A stretch of DNA of 64,000 bases. Source: Takakia lepidozioides (taxonomy: Eukaryota; Plantae; Bryophyta). Under the pieces are notes generated by a model. That model did no database searches. It had not been told where the DNA came from and worked only from the letters and a program-made list of their open reading frames with translations. The stretch's first letter is position 1. Every line of letters starts with the position of its first letter. A program made the translations under genes and the position numbers. Below are positions 1 through 12,946 of the stretch, piece after piece. The DNA is taken from the NCBI GenBank assembly GCA_030704615.1, contig CM060734.1, positions 53,444,001-53,508,000 on the forward strand, read 5' to 3'.

Positions 1-14
1 TCTACTACCAATAC

Positions 15-2222
15 CCTGGAATGGCTTCGACCAGTAAGTTCGTCTCCAACACCTGTATCTGATGAAAACAGCGACCCTTGGTCACTCGCACACCAATCTG
101 CAGTGCAGACAAGTCACAAAATAACCCTAGTCAATCCTATGGGGCATTTCGTTTCTGGGGCATCTTGGCACAACTAGCACAAGAACCTTAAACGGATCAC
201 TATACTGTACGCGCATTGCTGAAACCTCGCGTACATACTAGGTAGATTACCCATCAATCATAAGAATTGTACATCAGACTGCCCTACCTTGGGAACATAC
301 GGAAGTGCCTGTTGAGGCAGAGATGACTGGATCCAAAAACGCAAGGCCGTCCGCACCAGCATCTGAATGAGGGGAGGGGGGTTGGTCCAGGAATACTGAG
401 ACTTGATCTACACTGCTCCTAGGGCTGTCATCACCACAACTCAGACGGTCTTCTGCATTTCATAAGGCATACATACAATCAGTAACTGGGTCTGGCAGAA
501 CATGCCATTTATACAAAACACCTGAGAAAGAAAAGGATGAATGCATCAAGAACTCAGCTAGAAAGAGGGGAAGAAACTGCAAACAACCATCTGATGGAAG
601 CCTGAATGAAAGCCAAAACCCTGTGGATCACAAGAGGAAAGACGGAAAGGAAAGGTAGGCAGGCAGGCTGACCAGCCCCACAGATAAATAGATTGAGAAA
701 CATGAAGGGAGCCACAGAACAAGCAGAGATGGCAGCAGAAAGGATGATACCTTCAGAGTCAAGGTCCCTGATTTCCTCCAAAGTAGGAAGGGTGGATTCC
801 AGCTGCACCCCGGCAGTAGTCAGAGGCATAACCACACACATGGCACCGCTCACTACCCCCACGGGATTTGTCCGCGTACTGGCAAACAGAAGAACCTTGA
901 CAGACTGCCCACACTTGGTCTTCAAGTTCCATATCTCCCCAGCAGAGTCCTGGCCATCCAAGGCCCCTTTCAGCATATCCTCACAACCCCTGCCATAAAC
1001 AAGCTTCTCCATGTAAGATCGATCACAACTCAAGGTTGTAGATGCATATTGCGGAGCAAATCAATATATAGGACATAAATGCTTTGTAGGAGGCTCCAAA
1101 GCTTTTCCTTCATGAAGAAGTTGTAGCGTCAAAGCCGAATCCTTCAAACTACATAGAACCAGGCTTCAAACCAAGGCTTGCATGGCAACTTACTTTTGAT
1201 CGCCTGGTGACTGGGGGCTGAAGACTGAAGCCAGAAAGTCCGGCATGGTGGCAACATCAGACTCAAGCCAGCCACTGAGATCAGCAGCGCGCCTGACACA
1301 TTCAGATCAAACAATCTGTCAGCAAAAAGGCATCCCCGTGTCTGCTAATGTTGTAAAGAACCCAGAAACGAAAACACTTCAAGACCTCGAAACTCGTCGA
1401 CAACATTGCGGGTTTCCACGCAGTCCCTTTCAAGTAAGCAACATCCATTCGATTGACGTCATCTATACGATGACTAGAGGTGAAGACGAAGGAAACCCCG
1501 ACTATAAGATCTGTGGGTTGTACCATCCTCGTCCGCTATCTGGAGAAAGATCTCGAACGGCAACAACGGCCAGGCTGTGAAGAGTTATTATACAGACAAC
1601 AGCACCGTAACGGACTCATGCGAGAGGGATCTCGGATGGGACCCAAAGTACTACAATATAAGCTTTCGGAAAAGGTAGATGTGCACAAACACACTATTTT
1701 CGTCGGACCTTGAGGTAACAGATGCTTCAATCTAACAGTTGTGAAAGGTATTTTGCTATCATCTCATTCCCAAAGCCCTCTGCTGAAACCGATAGACACT
1801 CACTTGTTCCACAACACACAGCGCATGTTACAATCAACAGCAAACGCAGGAACAGGCAGCTCATCGACATAGACAAACGCATCAGTGCCAAGGGCTTTCT
1901 CCCCCGTGACTGGAATGGGCCGGGGACCCGCAAGCTCCAGCACAAAGTCCAGTGCTTCCCGCTGGTAATCCTCCTCAGTGAGTTTATCGTTAGCCTCCAA
2001 GGCCTCGAACAGACTGTGAGGGACCCCTCGCTTGTACATGGCGTCCATAAACATGTCTTTCAGCCCCCTCTCTTGGTGCGCAAGCCTGCAAGCAGTCACG
2101 GAATGTTGACACCACTCTCTCTCACAGCAAGACACTATTGAGTGCCACAGTTCCCTCCCTCTCTCTCTCTCAGTCTCGGTATGCAGAAGACTGGAGCAAG
2201 GTGTGCTGTCACTAGAAAGTTC
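15..2222 (-). CDS. Multi-exon PAS-domain protein (phytochrome-like PAS fold), partial; exons ~1804-2222, 1194-1292, 751-989, 477-521, 288-362, 15-97; continues off the left edge, start codon not located
   Basis: Manual GT-AG splicing with consistent intron phases gives ...VDELPVPAFAVDCNMRCVLWNK/RAADLSGWLESDVATMPDFLASVFSPQSPGDQK/GCEDMLKGALDGQDSAGEIWNLKTKCGQSVKVLLFASTRTNPVGVVSGAMCVVMPL. This follows the PAS pattern of phytochrome PAS repeats (P-I-F-A-V-D...WN..AAELTG...L..AL.G....EI.LKT...V.G...V). Confidence 0.75.
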
Positions 2223-3239
2223 CTACAATTCAGAGCGTGGGGTATATATGCCTCCCAGTCTTCTCTCAACTGCAGAGGAAGAAGACTTTATGACGATCAA
2301 TCCAGGTGTCGGGCTGCAAGGGAGGCAGGGGTGGGAGGCGAGATGGGGCGTGTGGCTCCTGTGTCGGAGGCACAATGTTAGCTATGTAAACGAAGAACAG
2401 TCTCGGGCTGGGCCTCCTCTTCTGTCAGTCTCTCAGGCCCTGCTAACTGCAGTTATTAGGTACCCCCACAGTCTGTGCCTCGGGGTCAGGCATCAACAGT
2501 TGCATTTTGAATTTCTTTCAACTGCTGTAAATGTCTTTTTTCCTGGAAGCTCATATGTTTTCGTCTCATCTGCGATAATCACGCTCGCATGCAGACTCCA
2601 GACAAAGAGACATGTTTGATCGTCATAATGGCTTGACTTTTCTCAGACTCTGATTTGCTCAGCTTCTCCAATTGGAGAAGCTTGCAAGATATTTCTTTTT
2701 CCACGGGCCACCAGCGACTGGCATTAGATTTCTTGGCACAAAAATCAGCAGGCTCAAATATCCTCACGAGCACGTTCCTCTCACTCTAGGATTTTTCGAG
2801 TTTCTTCCACAGCAAAACTAATAATTGTTCTGTTGTTGGTTTGATCTCCGATCCATTTTCTGGGATTGTTCGAGCGATCAGCTGTGGTTGGTATAGTAAC
2901 TTATACGTCCCTAGATCCAAAATCTGCCTTCTTTATTCATTTGATCGATGTCATTTCACAGACTCTGCCCGACTGTACCTGGAAATTTACCAGCACCAGG
3001 TGGTCCGCAGGTAGTGGAAAGATGGACTACGTGTAAGAGAGCAACAGATGTGGGCTGCCACGTGACAATTGTTGGGAGCAGCAGCGGAGTAAGAAGGACA
3101 GTGACGGAAGCAAGCGCCGAGCATTGGCCACGATCCGACTTGTGTGCACATCTTTCCACTCCTGCTCCGCTGCCGCTGCTAGCGCCTCACGCAGCACCCA
3201 GCGTGCAAGTACATGGCCTCGCGGGGGGCCCCATGGCTT

Positions 3240-4445
3240 CAAACCAAGAATCCCTGTACGGGAGTGTAAAGATAAAACACCTCGAATTGTGCGTCCAAAA
3301 ATCCCTCCAGGTTTTTTTGTTGGGAGTTGGGAAAGTGGGGCGGAACGCACAGTCCAAAGGCTGCGAGGTGGACCCTTGGAGCTTCCAAGAGATGGATTTG
3401 GAGCTGGTGACCACTGAGGGAAGATGGAGTATTTATGTTTTAGTTGGGGATGTAGAGATGGGTTTCGTGGGAGGAAAAAAAACAAGCTTTTCATGTTATG
3501 ATTGGAAGGGTCCACATGGGGACTGAATGCCATAATTTGGAGTTGGGTCATCCCCTGACTCATCCGCATGTGGACCCTTCAATAATAACATTGCAAACGT
3601 TTATAGGGACTAGGATGGCTTTCCTTTCTTCCTTGCGGTTAGCTACCTCCTGCATTTTGGTCCTGAAAACCGATGCGGATTCATGATCTGATTTCCATTT
3701 AAAAAGATGGGTTTTTATCCTTGCCCTGTTATAAAAAATGGGTTTTGCTTGTACACACAAACGTACATACCCAAATCTTGGAAAGGCTCCATTTCCTAGG
3801 TCCAAAATCGAAAGTCCATTGGTTCAACAACTTGCCGGATAAGCTTGGTTCCGTGGATGAAAGATCAAAACCGACAGATGGGTTTTGTTGGTTATAGGTT
3901 TCCGGAGATGGGTTTGGTTCGCCAAATTCACCTAATTCAAGATACATCATATTCAAGTCGGAGGATAAGCGGAGTTCCATGAATGAAAGATCAAAACTGA
4001 CAGATGGGTTTTGTTGGTTATAGGTTTCCGGAGATGGGTTTGGTTCGCCAAATTCACCTAATTCAAGATACATCATATTCAAGTCGGAGGATAAGCGGAG
4101 TTCCATGAATGAAAGATCAAAACTGACAGATGGGTTTTGTTGGTTATAGGTTTCCGGAGATGGGTTTGGTTCGCCAAATTCACCTAATTCAAGATACATC
4201 ATATTCAAGTCGGAGGATAAGCGGAGTTCCATGAATGAAAGATCAAAACCGACAGCTGGGTTTTGTTGGTTGTAGGTTTCCGGAGATGGGTTTGGTTTGC
4301 CAAATTCACCTAATTCAAGATACATCAAACTCAAGTCGCGGGATAAGTGTGGTTCCTTGAATGAAAGATCAAAACCGACAGATGGGTTTTGTTGGTTGTA
4401 GATTTCCGGAAGTGGGTTTCGGTCAACTAATTAAAGATGCATCAT
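3240..4445 (-). pseudogene. Degenerate L1-type LINE ORF1 (DUF4283-like) fragment with repeat-expanded N-terminus
   Basis: Minus-strand frames read YSIFPQWSPAPNPS...SLWTVRSAPLSQL...GGIFGRTI, resembling the W-S-P...VW-V...LP...G-IG pattern of plant L1 ORF1; several stops and frameshifts. Confidence 0.45.
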
Positions 4446-4450
4446 ACTGA
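3838..4450. repeat. Tandem repeat, 126-bp unit, ~4.9 copies
   Basis: Unit GATAAGCGGAGTTCCATGAATGAAAGATCAAAA...TTCAAGTCGGAG recurs at ~3838, 3964, 4090, 4216 and 4342; one minus frame is open (42-aa repeat MMYLELGEFGEPNPSPETYNQQNPSVSFDLSFMELRLSSDLN). Confidence 0.95.
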
Positions 4451-7319
4451 AGTGGAGACGAATTCGCAACAGAGAAGGACAATACTTGGTGAAATGCAAG
4501 GGATGCCACCACAGTGATATACAAATATCAACCTCCCTTGTACACACATGATGGGAATGTCAGTGCAGATTTTTCGCCCACCGAATCAGAGCCTCGTTGA
4601 TGAGTCCGCCCTCCAGCGGGTCACCCATTTGTCAGTTGTTTGGTTGCATGGTCACACAGGAGCAGGTTGAGTGTTGAGTGGGGAGTGGATAAGACAGGGA
4701 TCTTGGCCCGCAGGCCCCACCCACCATGTGTGTGTGCGTGTGTGTGTGTGGGACACCCTCCCACCCAAACGTGACCATCACATATTTAATGGTACCACCA
4801 ACCATCTCCCATTTCCTCTATTTCTGACCCCTATAATACTATTCCCTAACTTGGGTATTGTATGTTAGGTAGGGGCAGTCAATACCAATAAAAGTTTATG
4901 CAACTTATTTAAATAACTGTATTTTATTTAAAACTATTATTATTATTTCAATTATTTGGCTACTTTTGTTTTTCCTTTTTTGGATAGAAAATAATTGACT
5001 TGCCTAAGTTCATTGCCCTCATTGACTTGCCTTCATGGAAAGGGTTGTAACTGAATAGAGTGTGTGTGCCCTATGGTGTACAAATGGTTTTAATTTTTTA
5101 ATAATTATGAATGAAGTTTATCACAGAGCCACTGTCCCCTGTTTATTTTATATTTTTAAAGAAAAAATCTGAAGAAAAAACGGTGTTCTCTATTTATTCA
5201 AGATGTATACGTATAACGGCCAAGTTGTAATTTGGATCGCATGGATGAAGAGCCGCCAAAATTTACGCTTCCTTGGGGAGGCGTCATCCTTCTTTCGGAT
5301 CACCTCGCCCCATGTTTCTCGTAGATTCTTGCAAATAACAAACCCACTTGTTGTTTGGGTGGAGCGTGTAATATAATCTTATTGGGGGTCCTCTTGGGAT
5401 TGCGGCCGGAGAACAGCCCAGGTATGTCCTCCTTTGAAGCCCCCTAAAAGTTATCATCCATGTTGGCATTCATGAAGTAGGCTTCATCCATGAGAATGTC
5501 GGTTATGGATGATACACATTTACCAAAGGGAGGACAATATAGTCCTCATCCATTGGTATGAAGGATGGTAGACATTCATGATGGATGAAAAAGTGTGTTT
5601 TGGCCCAACGCTGGCTATTGACCCCATGCACTGCATTTTAGACGCCTGGGAGGCCTTTTTACACACATCCAACAAGGGAATTCGGGCCGCTAGGGGGACC
5701 ACAGGAAGCCGTCCCTAAATGGACGGATAAGATAAGGAGAAAGGGTCTCCGTGAAAATCAACGCACTTGTCGTCACTCTGTCGTCACTCCGGCGTTCACT
5801 TCGTTGAAAACCACAGCATTACGGCGTTTGTGTTGTGGTACGCTCGCACTAAGCTATGCGCTGGGGCCAACATCCGGGCTACAAAGTTCACATCGGGATT
5901 ATGAAGTGATATGCGGGAAAAAGTTGAGTAATATCCACAATGTCGGTGTTGCGCAGAATGTGTTTGCATGTGTTGGGCATCTTTGTTTTGGTGATGGGAC
6001 TCCGGACAAATGTAGTTGTTCTTTGTTGATGGGCGGATTGATCGATGCGAGACTTTATCCGTAGTATCTTAGACATCACAACTCCGCTATCACTCTACCA
6101 ACCCTCACTACCACCCACCACCAACAAGATTAATATTACAAGAAAATACTCGGAATAGCAGTTTTGTTCCGTCCAAATTTGCTCATCCAAATTTCAGTCC
6201 ATTCTCTATCAACTTTTTATGGATTCTTTTCTGCCACCATGATCCAAAGGTTTAGGTGTATGTTTCTATTCGGAAGAAATAATAATTAAAATAATATTAT
6301 AAAATAAGTAAAACAATATTCAGAGAAGTGTATTGCACACGTTTTTCTAACCATGGAAAGCATAAGCATTTCAGAGAAATTATACCTACACATATACTCA
6401 TGTTCATGGCACGACGAGCAATATTTTATTTCTTCCCTACCATCAACCACCAAAGAATAATTGATAATACAATAAGAATAATAACAAAAAATGTAGAATA
6501 AAATAATTTATCTCAAAACTTAGAAACATATCCCCTTTATTTTTTAATACCTAACTATTAATTAAAATAAGATATCCAACAGACTCGTCACGTGCATTGA
6601 CTGATCTAAATTTTGCCCCTCCCAAACAATTATTTAATATTTACTGACCCGCTCTAGTCGTGAGTCAAACGAGGAAAAACATTATGTGAATAATTTGTAC
6701 AGTATTTATGAGGACAATAATGAGATTTCAGTACATTATCCGGAGCGATGATTATCCAGTCGTGACTGCCCACCCCAGTCAACACCCGCGCTTTACCCCG
6801 ACCGACGGATGTCGTCCAAAACCGAAATGCAACGGATGGATGAGGATCGGCACTCTGTACTGTGTCCTCGGTACTGCTCCTCATTTATCTGGTGTGGCTA
6901 AGGATGTACGTACATTCATCCGCATCAACACGTGTCCGCACGGCAGCCATGTTCCCACAGAACGGTTCACTGCGTGCGCCACGCTCGCACGGGCTATGAC
7001 GCGAGCTGACGGAGGCCAGCATGCGCACGGGTCGGTGGGGCCGGACAGGTGGCGGTGGTGTACGGCGAGGCCACGTGAAGGCACCGCGCTGCCCACGTGA
7101 GACCCGCCAGCGCAGCGCGGTCGCGGCTGCGGTCGACCTGCCGCGTGGTGGCAGCCGCGCTGCCACCCACGCCTGGTTATGATGCCTAACCCCCGCGGTT
7201 GCTGGTAACCGCAGCTGTTAGGGTAACGGCAACGGTCCTTTGGTGGCGTGGTGGTGAGTGATGATGGTCGTGTAGGTGTCCCTACCCACTTGCTGCCCAG
7301 ACAGCTTTCCTTTCAGCTT

Positions 7320-7862
7320 CCAGACGCTTCCATTCAACCCGCTTTCTCGCCCACTTGGTCCGTAGAATTGTCTGCAAAATACAGAAATGATGTGAGGGAA
7401 AGAGAGATCAACCGGGTTGTTTGCCCACTTGGTCCATAGAATTGTCTGCAAAACACGAAAAGTATGAGCGAGAGAGAGAGTGAGAGATCAACCGGGTTGT
7501 TCTCCCACTTGGTCTAGAGAGTTACCTGGAAACAATCTACACAGCACAGAGTACAGAGAGATAGAGAGAGAGAGGAGGAATCAACAGGGTTGTTCGCCCA
7601 CTTGGTCTAGAGAGTTCTCTGGAAACAATCTATGCATCACAGAAAAGATGAGAGAGAAATGAAATGGTGCTTTATAACGAGAGAGAGAGAGGAGGAATCA
7701 ACGCTTGGTCTAGAGAGTTACCTGGAAACAATCTATACAGCACAAAATAGAGAGTGAGAGAGAGAGAGAGAGAGGGTTGTCCGTCCACTTGGTCTACAGA
7801 GTTCTCTGGAAACAATCTATACAACACAGAAAAGATGAGAGACAGAGAGAGAGAGAGGAGGG
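7320..7862. repeat. Degenerate tandem repeat (~75-120 bp unit, ~6 copies) interleaved with (GA)n tracts
   Basis: Core CCCACTTGGTC(T/C)A(G/T)AGA...CTGGAAACAATCTA..CAGCACA recurs near 7350, 7425, 7503, 7597, 7704 and 7784. Confidence 0.85.
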
Positions 7863-10800
7863 TTTGGAACGCCAGTCGTGTGTGTCGTCCCTCAGCTTTT
7901 CTTGTGCCTTGTCTGTGTTGCTGCCAGTCACGGTGTGGTCTCACAAGTGGGTTTGTGGGTGTAATGACCTCCTTTTTCTGCAGTGTATGGCCACTTAGAT
8001 CTGTTACACTAGCGCCTTTGTTTTACGTTGAGAAGAGAGAGGGGAAGGTTGGGTGATGGTGCGTTGTCTGAACATAATCAAGCTCATCTGGGGTTCAATG
8101 ATCTTTCAACCATCAATTTACTAGATTATCCTAGAGAAATCAATTGCAGCTTTTAGGGACTTGGTTTGAGGGCCCGGCATGTTGAGGGCCAATATAAAAC
8201 TCATTGTAATGACAGAAGAGTCTAAAGCTGGGAGCACAGCCATGCTTGATGGATAAGATGTAGTGCAGAAGCATATGGAGAGGAACATCGCTAAGAAACA
8301 AAGTCATCCAGAAGGGAGCAAGGCAAGATCCTCTTCTTGCCTGTGAAGTAGGTGGAGAAAGGACTGTGGTTTCAATCTAGTTAGAAATGGCACCGACACA
8401 TGCAGGCCTGAGATAAGAAAGATGCTGAAACACTGAAGATTAGATAGAGAGGACCGGACAAGAATTACAGGCAACCGACCATGTGGTTCCCAAATTTCCT
8501 TTCTGGTGCCACCCCAGTCTGCTTTTCCCCTGCACTGTTAGAATTGAGGTCACTCTGTTCTTATGGTCTTGACTTGAATTTTGCATCGACTCCCAAGAAG
8601 ACAAATACGTCATCACTTCAATTTGCGCCACACAAAAGTTTCCTCCTCTTGACTCTTGCATGGCCAGAGGCTACACTCCCAAACCTTCTACCAAGTACTT
8701 GCCATCACAAACACACAGAATTCCAGACTTATCAGCCATAAACCTGAGAGACACCTTAGCCATGCTGCTCACCACAGCCCCAAATTCCCCATTTACTGTC
8801 TCTGAATTCCCATCTCTCATTTGAAGGTCAATATATACCTTTCTTCTCTGCAGTCAAACCCTGCAGAATGCCTTACCTGATTAGACCCGCTCAACCCCTA
8901 AGTCTCTATTGAGCCAGGTGTGAATCAAATCCAGCGTATACATCTATATCAATGAGAGCCTAATAAACTCTGAACTCACATTCTACAGATAATAAAAACT
9001 GAATAGGGATAGCCACATCCAAGGTCAAGAAAAGCTTTCAAAATTGAAACAAACAAAGCATGACAACATCAAAGAAACAATGAGACAAAGAGTGAGACTG
9101 AGAGAGAGGAGTATCTGACTAGTGGGCTGAAGAAAGCTTCCTACTGAAGACTTTTCTTGATCATTGTTGAATAGAGCATATACATACTTCTGAGTATGGG
9201 GAACATTATTACTTCTCTCAAAAGAAGAAATGATGCAGCTTAAGGAAAAAAGATCTATTCATTTTCTCCCTTTCCAGAGACGAGTTTATCCCTGCTCTCA
9301 GCCTGAGAGCATCTACTTTATTCAAGTTTCGGCCAAAGAATATCTACTCTTTATCGTGAAGATATCAGATAGGAAAACCTCGTTAGATCTACAAGTCTGA
9401 ACAACCAGCAGAGGTACCACTACTTCACCATGTCTGAAATGTAGGCATTCATCTCATCTGAGTAACAACGACATTAAAAGGCAACCAAACACTTTTTGCC
9501 AGTCAACTAAAACTAGTGCAACTAGCCTTACCATTGTGTTATTAATCACAAGTCTGAGACTGAGACCATCAACTTCATCCTGAGTGGCCGTGACAAGCTG
9601 CCACCACTCCCAACCGACTTCATCAAATCCCAACAGTGGGTGTTGATAATACTGTGCTCAAATTCATGGGTAATACCAGTATACAAGAGTTTCTGCCACT
9701 TCGAAGTAAGGGGAAAACGCAGCCATGATGTCAGCTAGCACTTAGCCCGCAAAGCGATCATTTGAGACTAGCATACTCTTGTTGTGACTGTACATGAAAA
9801 AAATCAATTTCAAAACCGCTCGAGTTACAAGTGAAGGACAGTAGGTTCACAATTTTCCCAGGAAAGAAAGACAAAAATGTACAAGTAAAAACAAAAGCCT
9901 AACCAATAAATATCAACCTAAGCTGTCTGTCATGACAAAGACAAAGGTGGGAGAGCTCAAACTGCAGATAATCAATGCCCAAAAGCTAAGGTCCCCATCC
10001 GTTTGACCAAGGGTGGTGTCCAAATGTATAACCTTTTCCAAGTCCTCACTGGAGTGGGCTACTAATTTTGCGAAGGAAAAGGTCTGGATCCAATGGGGTA
10101 GGACAAGAAAGCCATTTAGCTTCATGGAAATGGACAATGACAAACATCTTTCTGCACCCAAGTTTCTTACTCCAGAATGAAAATCTCCAGACCTTGCAGA
10201 AATTCTTTCTTTGAATATCTAGCATCTTGACAGGAGGGTCCCTTGTCCGTTCCCGCAGTGCCAATAGAAGCACCCAATGCACAGACACTAAAAGCAGTCA
10301 GGCGCAAAATGCCACCACTTCCTTGGACAACTCTTAAACATCCTCTGGAATTCTTTGAATGCTGAATGCTAGACACAATGAAAGCCATGCAAAAAAGTTT
10401 TGAAATCAATGTACAAAAAGGGATATTTTCCACAAGTACCATCAGAGTGAACTACACAAAATCTTAGAAAAAGAGAATCACAACTACGCTCCATGAAGAC
10501 AATTCAATTGGGAAATGGAGAACTAACATACTCTCAGAATAGCCCAGATACTTAATCATATCCACGGACCATAGTGACGTTCCTTTTTGTTTCTTCCATC
10601 CTGGAATGAACAACATTAGCTCTTCCAATCCAAGCATGAACCCACACAGCCACTTGTTGGCTTTTGCACTCACACGAGAAACCTGCAATCCCTGAATCTT
10701 CAGACATCTGTGTTCTCATTTTCATTCTCTAGGTGAAATCTGCAAGTAGGTGAAGCCTAAAGGAAAAAGACTTTACAATGGTGGACAAACATTTGGGACA

Positions 10801-11433
10801 ACCCACAATCAAATACAAAGCCAGCTGGCTAGTAATAGCATACAGAGATGAACTGTACCATGATTGTAGTAAATCACCCTAGTTTGATTGTTGTGAAAGT
10901 GCAATCTCTGCATACTCTATTAAACAATCATAGTTTCGGATGTTGTGCAGAATTTGAAGTAAGGTTTCAGTTTCTGTTTAAAACTCATTATAAGAGAAAA
11001 ACCGTGCACCTTAACCTGAATGCACATCTGATATAAACTATGTAGATGTGTCACATCCAAAAGTCCAAATTTCAAACCAAAAAGAGGCTCCAAAGTTTAC
11101 CGATATGGTTTAGACCATGTGCTACACATTTAACTTTCATGCCTTCAACAACCTGAACTAGGGCTGATCAAGATACTGAAAACCATCCACATGGCAATGC
11201 CTGATGGGTCTGCAAAGAAATCTGATACATCTTTTAACACCTTGAACCAAAATAACAAAGTTGGCAGATGAGCCCAAAATGCAGTCAAATTGCAGCTTTT
11301 AGCTGAATAAGTACAACAAAACGTTTTGGCATGGGATTAGACCAATCCCATGTGCTTATGCTACAAAAAGAGTCTGTCTTTGATGGAGTATATTACAGGC
11401 CAATAGAACAACATGGCCACGTTACTTATGTCT

Positions 11434-12873
11434 TCACTCCCCTTTCTTGGTCTTTGGCACATTCGCTTGCTCTGTGAATGGGTGTGCTGTTGGGATCAGT
11501 CGTGCAAGCATAATGAGAGGGACAATTAAGTAGGGCAGATAGATGCCCACCAGCAAATGGCGTGTTGCTACATTTGATGCCAGAATATCTGCAAATAATG
11601 GGAACTGCAACACCCACCAACACATTGATTATAACATGTCGAAATGGGAAGGGTGTATTAAACACAGAAATGGTTGGTGACTACAGATTAGCCCAAGGTA
11701 CTAGCTGCATGAAGCAAAAACATCACATCAAACAATAGGCTAGCAAGAGGTGGAGTAAATCCTCGTTTCAATCATATACAGAGAAGAATTCTGGTAAAAA
11801 GGAGAACCTCCACTCTTCCCTGCCAGAAAGTTGCCTATCGCCAATTCTAGTAAACTCCTTGTATCAATTAAACCCTAACCCAAGCTCAGCTGTAATCTCG
11901 ATGATGTTTCACCTAGTCTTAAGCGATTCACACATCACGCTCACTGATCTTCAAATGCGTCTCAAAGCATCAAGGTACTAAGTGTGGCTAAAGACACTCG
12001 CATCTCGTCACAGATATGACGAAACCCCAGAGGCCATTGTTTTCCGAAACAGGCTTCCACAACTGTAGCATCATAACTGGACTAAAGGCGAAGCAAGCTA
12101 CGGCAAGAAGCTCAAAAAAACCTAGGGCGAAGAAAGGTCTTGCCCTCGGCGTCAATCATCCCTACAACCACGCTGGGTAGAAGATTGGGGGCATCCAGAA
12201 GGCATACCATGGTAGTCGCCGTATGGGCGGCATATATGATACCTGTCATCCGGCCCCAGTCTTTCCCTGGACACACCACTCCAACTCGAGTTTAACGCAG
12301 CATTCCAAACATTTAAATTAGCATTCTTACCCCGCCCCCTCAATGAAGTCAAGATTGATGCATTTGCAAACGACGGACAGCAAAACCTTACTTTACTTTG
12401 CTCCAATCCTGCCCAGTTTCGCAGTACTCAAAATCTATGAAACCCCGACCCTTTCAGAAACTCCCGGATCACTTACACCTATCTTATTCCAAGCGCGCCA
12501 AGACTTTTTCCAAAGCTAATATCCAACTTGATCTGACGAAGTCTCCCATCAGTCTTCAACAGAGGACCTTACCAGCAATGAATGCGTATGAGTTGGCGCA
12601 CAAGAGCGGGAGCTGGAAAGCAATCTCAGACCACACCAGACCTCGCACAAACGCAGGCTTATCCCGCACCAGGTAATCCCCAGACAGTTGCACGTACCAT
12701 GCCACACAGTCCAGCAGTGCCTGCGGATAAAAAATCGCTGGAAACAACACCTGAGTTTCCACCAACACCACCACAGGAATGTTGGCGAGAAAGAACCCTG
12801 CGAGAATGAGATCGATGGGGCGCCTCGGGAGAGGCACGGGTCGCCGCGCCTCACCCTCCCACGCTGCTGCCAT
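11434..12873 (-). CDS. EXPERA-domain membrane protein (TMEM97/sigma-2 receptor-like); 3 exons 12573-12873, 12208-12266, 11434-11604
   Basis: Spliced product ...RRPIDLILAGFFLANIPVVVLVETQVLFPAIFYPQALLDCVAWYVQLSGDYLVRDKPAFVRGLVWSEIAFQLPLL...AFIAG/KDWGRMTGIIYAAHTATTM/FPLFADIL...IYLPYLIVPLIML...KTKKGE*. Typical EXPERA motifs, GT-AG introns, C-terminal KKxx ER-retrieval signal. Confidence 0.9.
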
Positions 12874-12918
12874 CGCCACGAGCTCTGCGTGTCGCGAAGA
12901 CCACCCCAGACCAACACC

Positions 12919-12946
12919 AAACCCTAACCCTAACCCTAACCCTAAA
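12919..12946. repeat. Telomere-like (CCCTAA)4 / telo-box (AAACCCTAA) just upstream of the EXPERA start codon
   Basis: AAACCCTAACCCTAACCCTAACCCTAAA seen directly. Confidence 0.85.

Noticed and set aside
3838-4450. CRISPR-like array or repeat-protein host gene
   Set aside because: Units are contiguous with no unique spacers, the context is eukaryotic, and the first unit has an in-frame stop.
5226-6080. Solo LTR (TGTAAT...ATCACA)
   Set aside because: No matching TSD and no second copy in the window.
7320-7862. CRISPR-like repeat-spacer pattern
   Set aside because: Spacers are GA microsatellites, cores are degenerate, and there are no cas genes.
8100-11000. Protein-coding exons suggested by short ORFs and splice-like sites
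   Set aside because: Could not assemble a phase-consistent or recognisable product.
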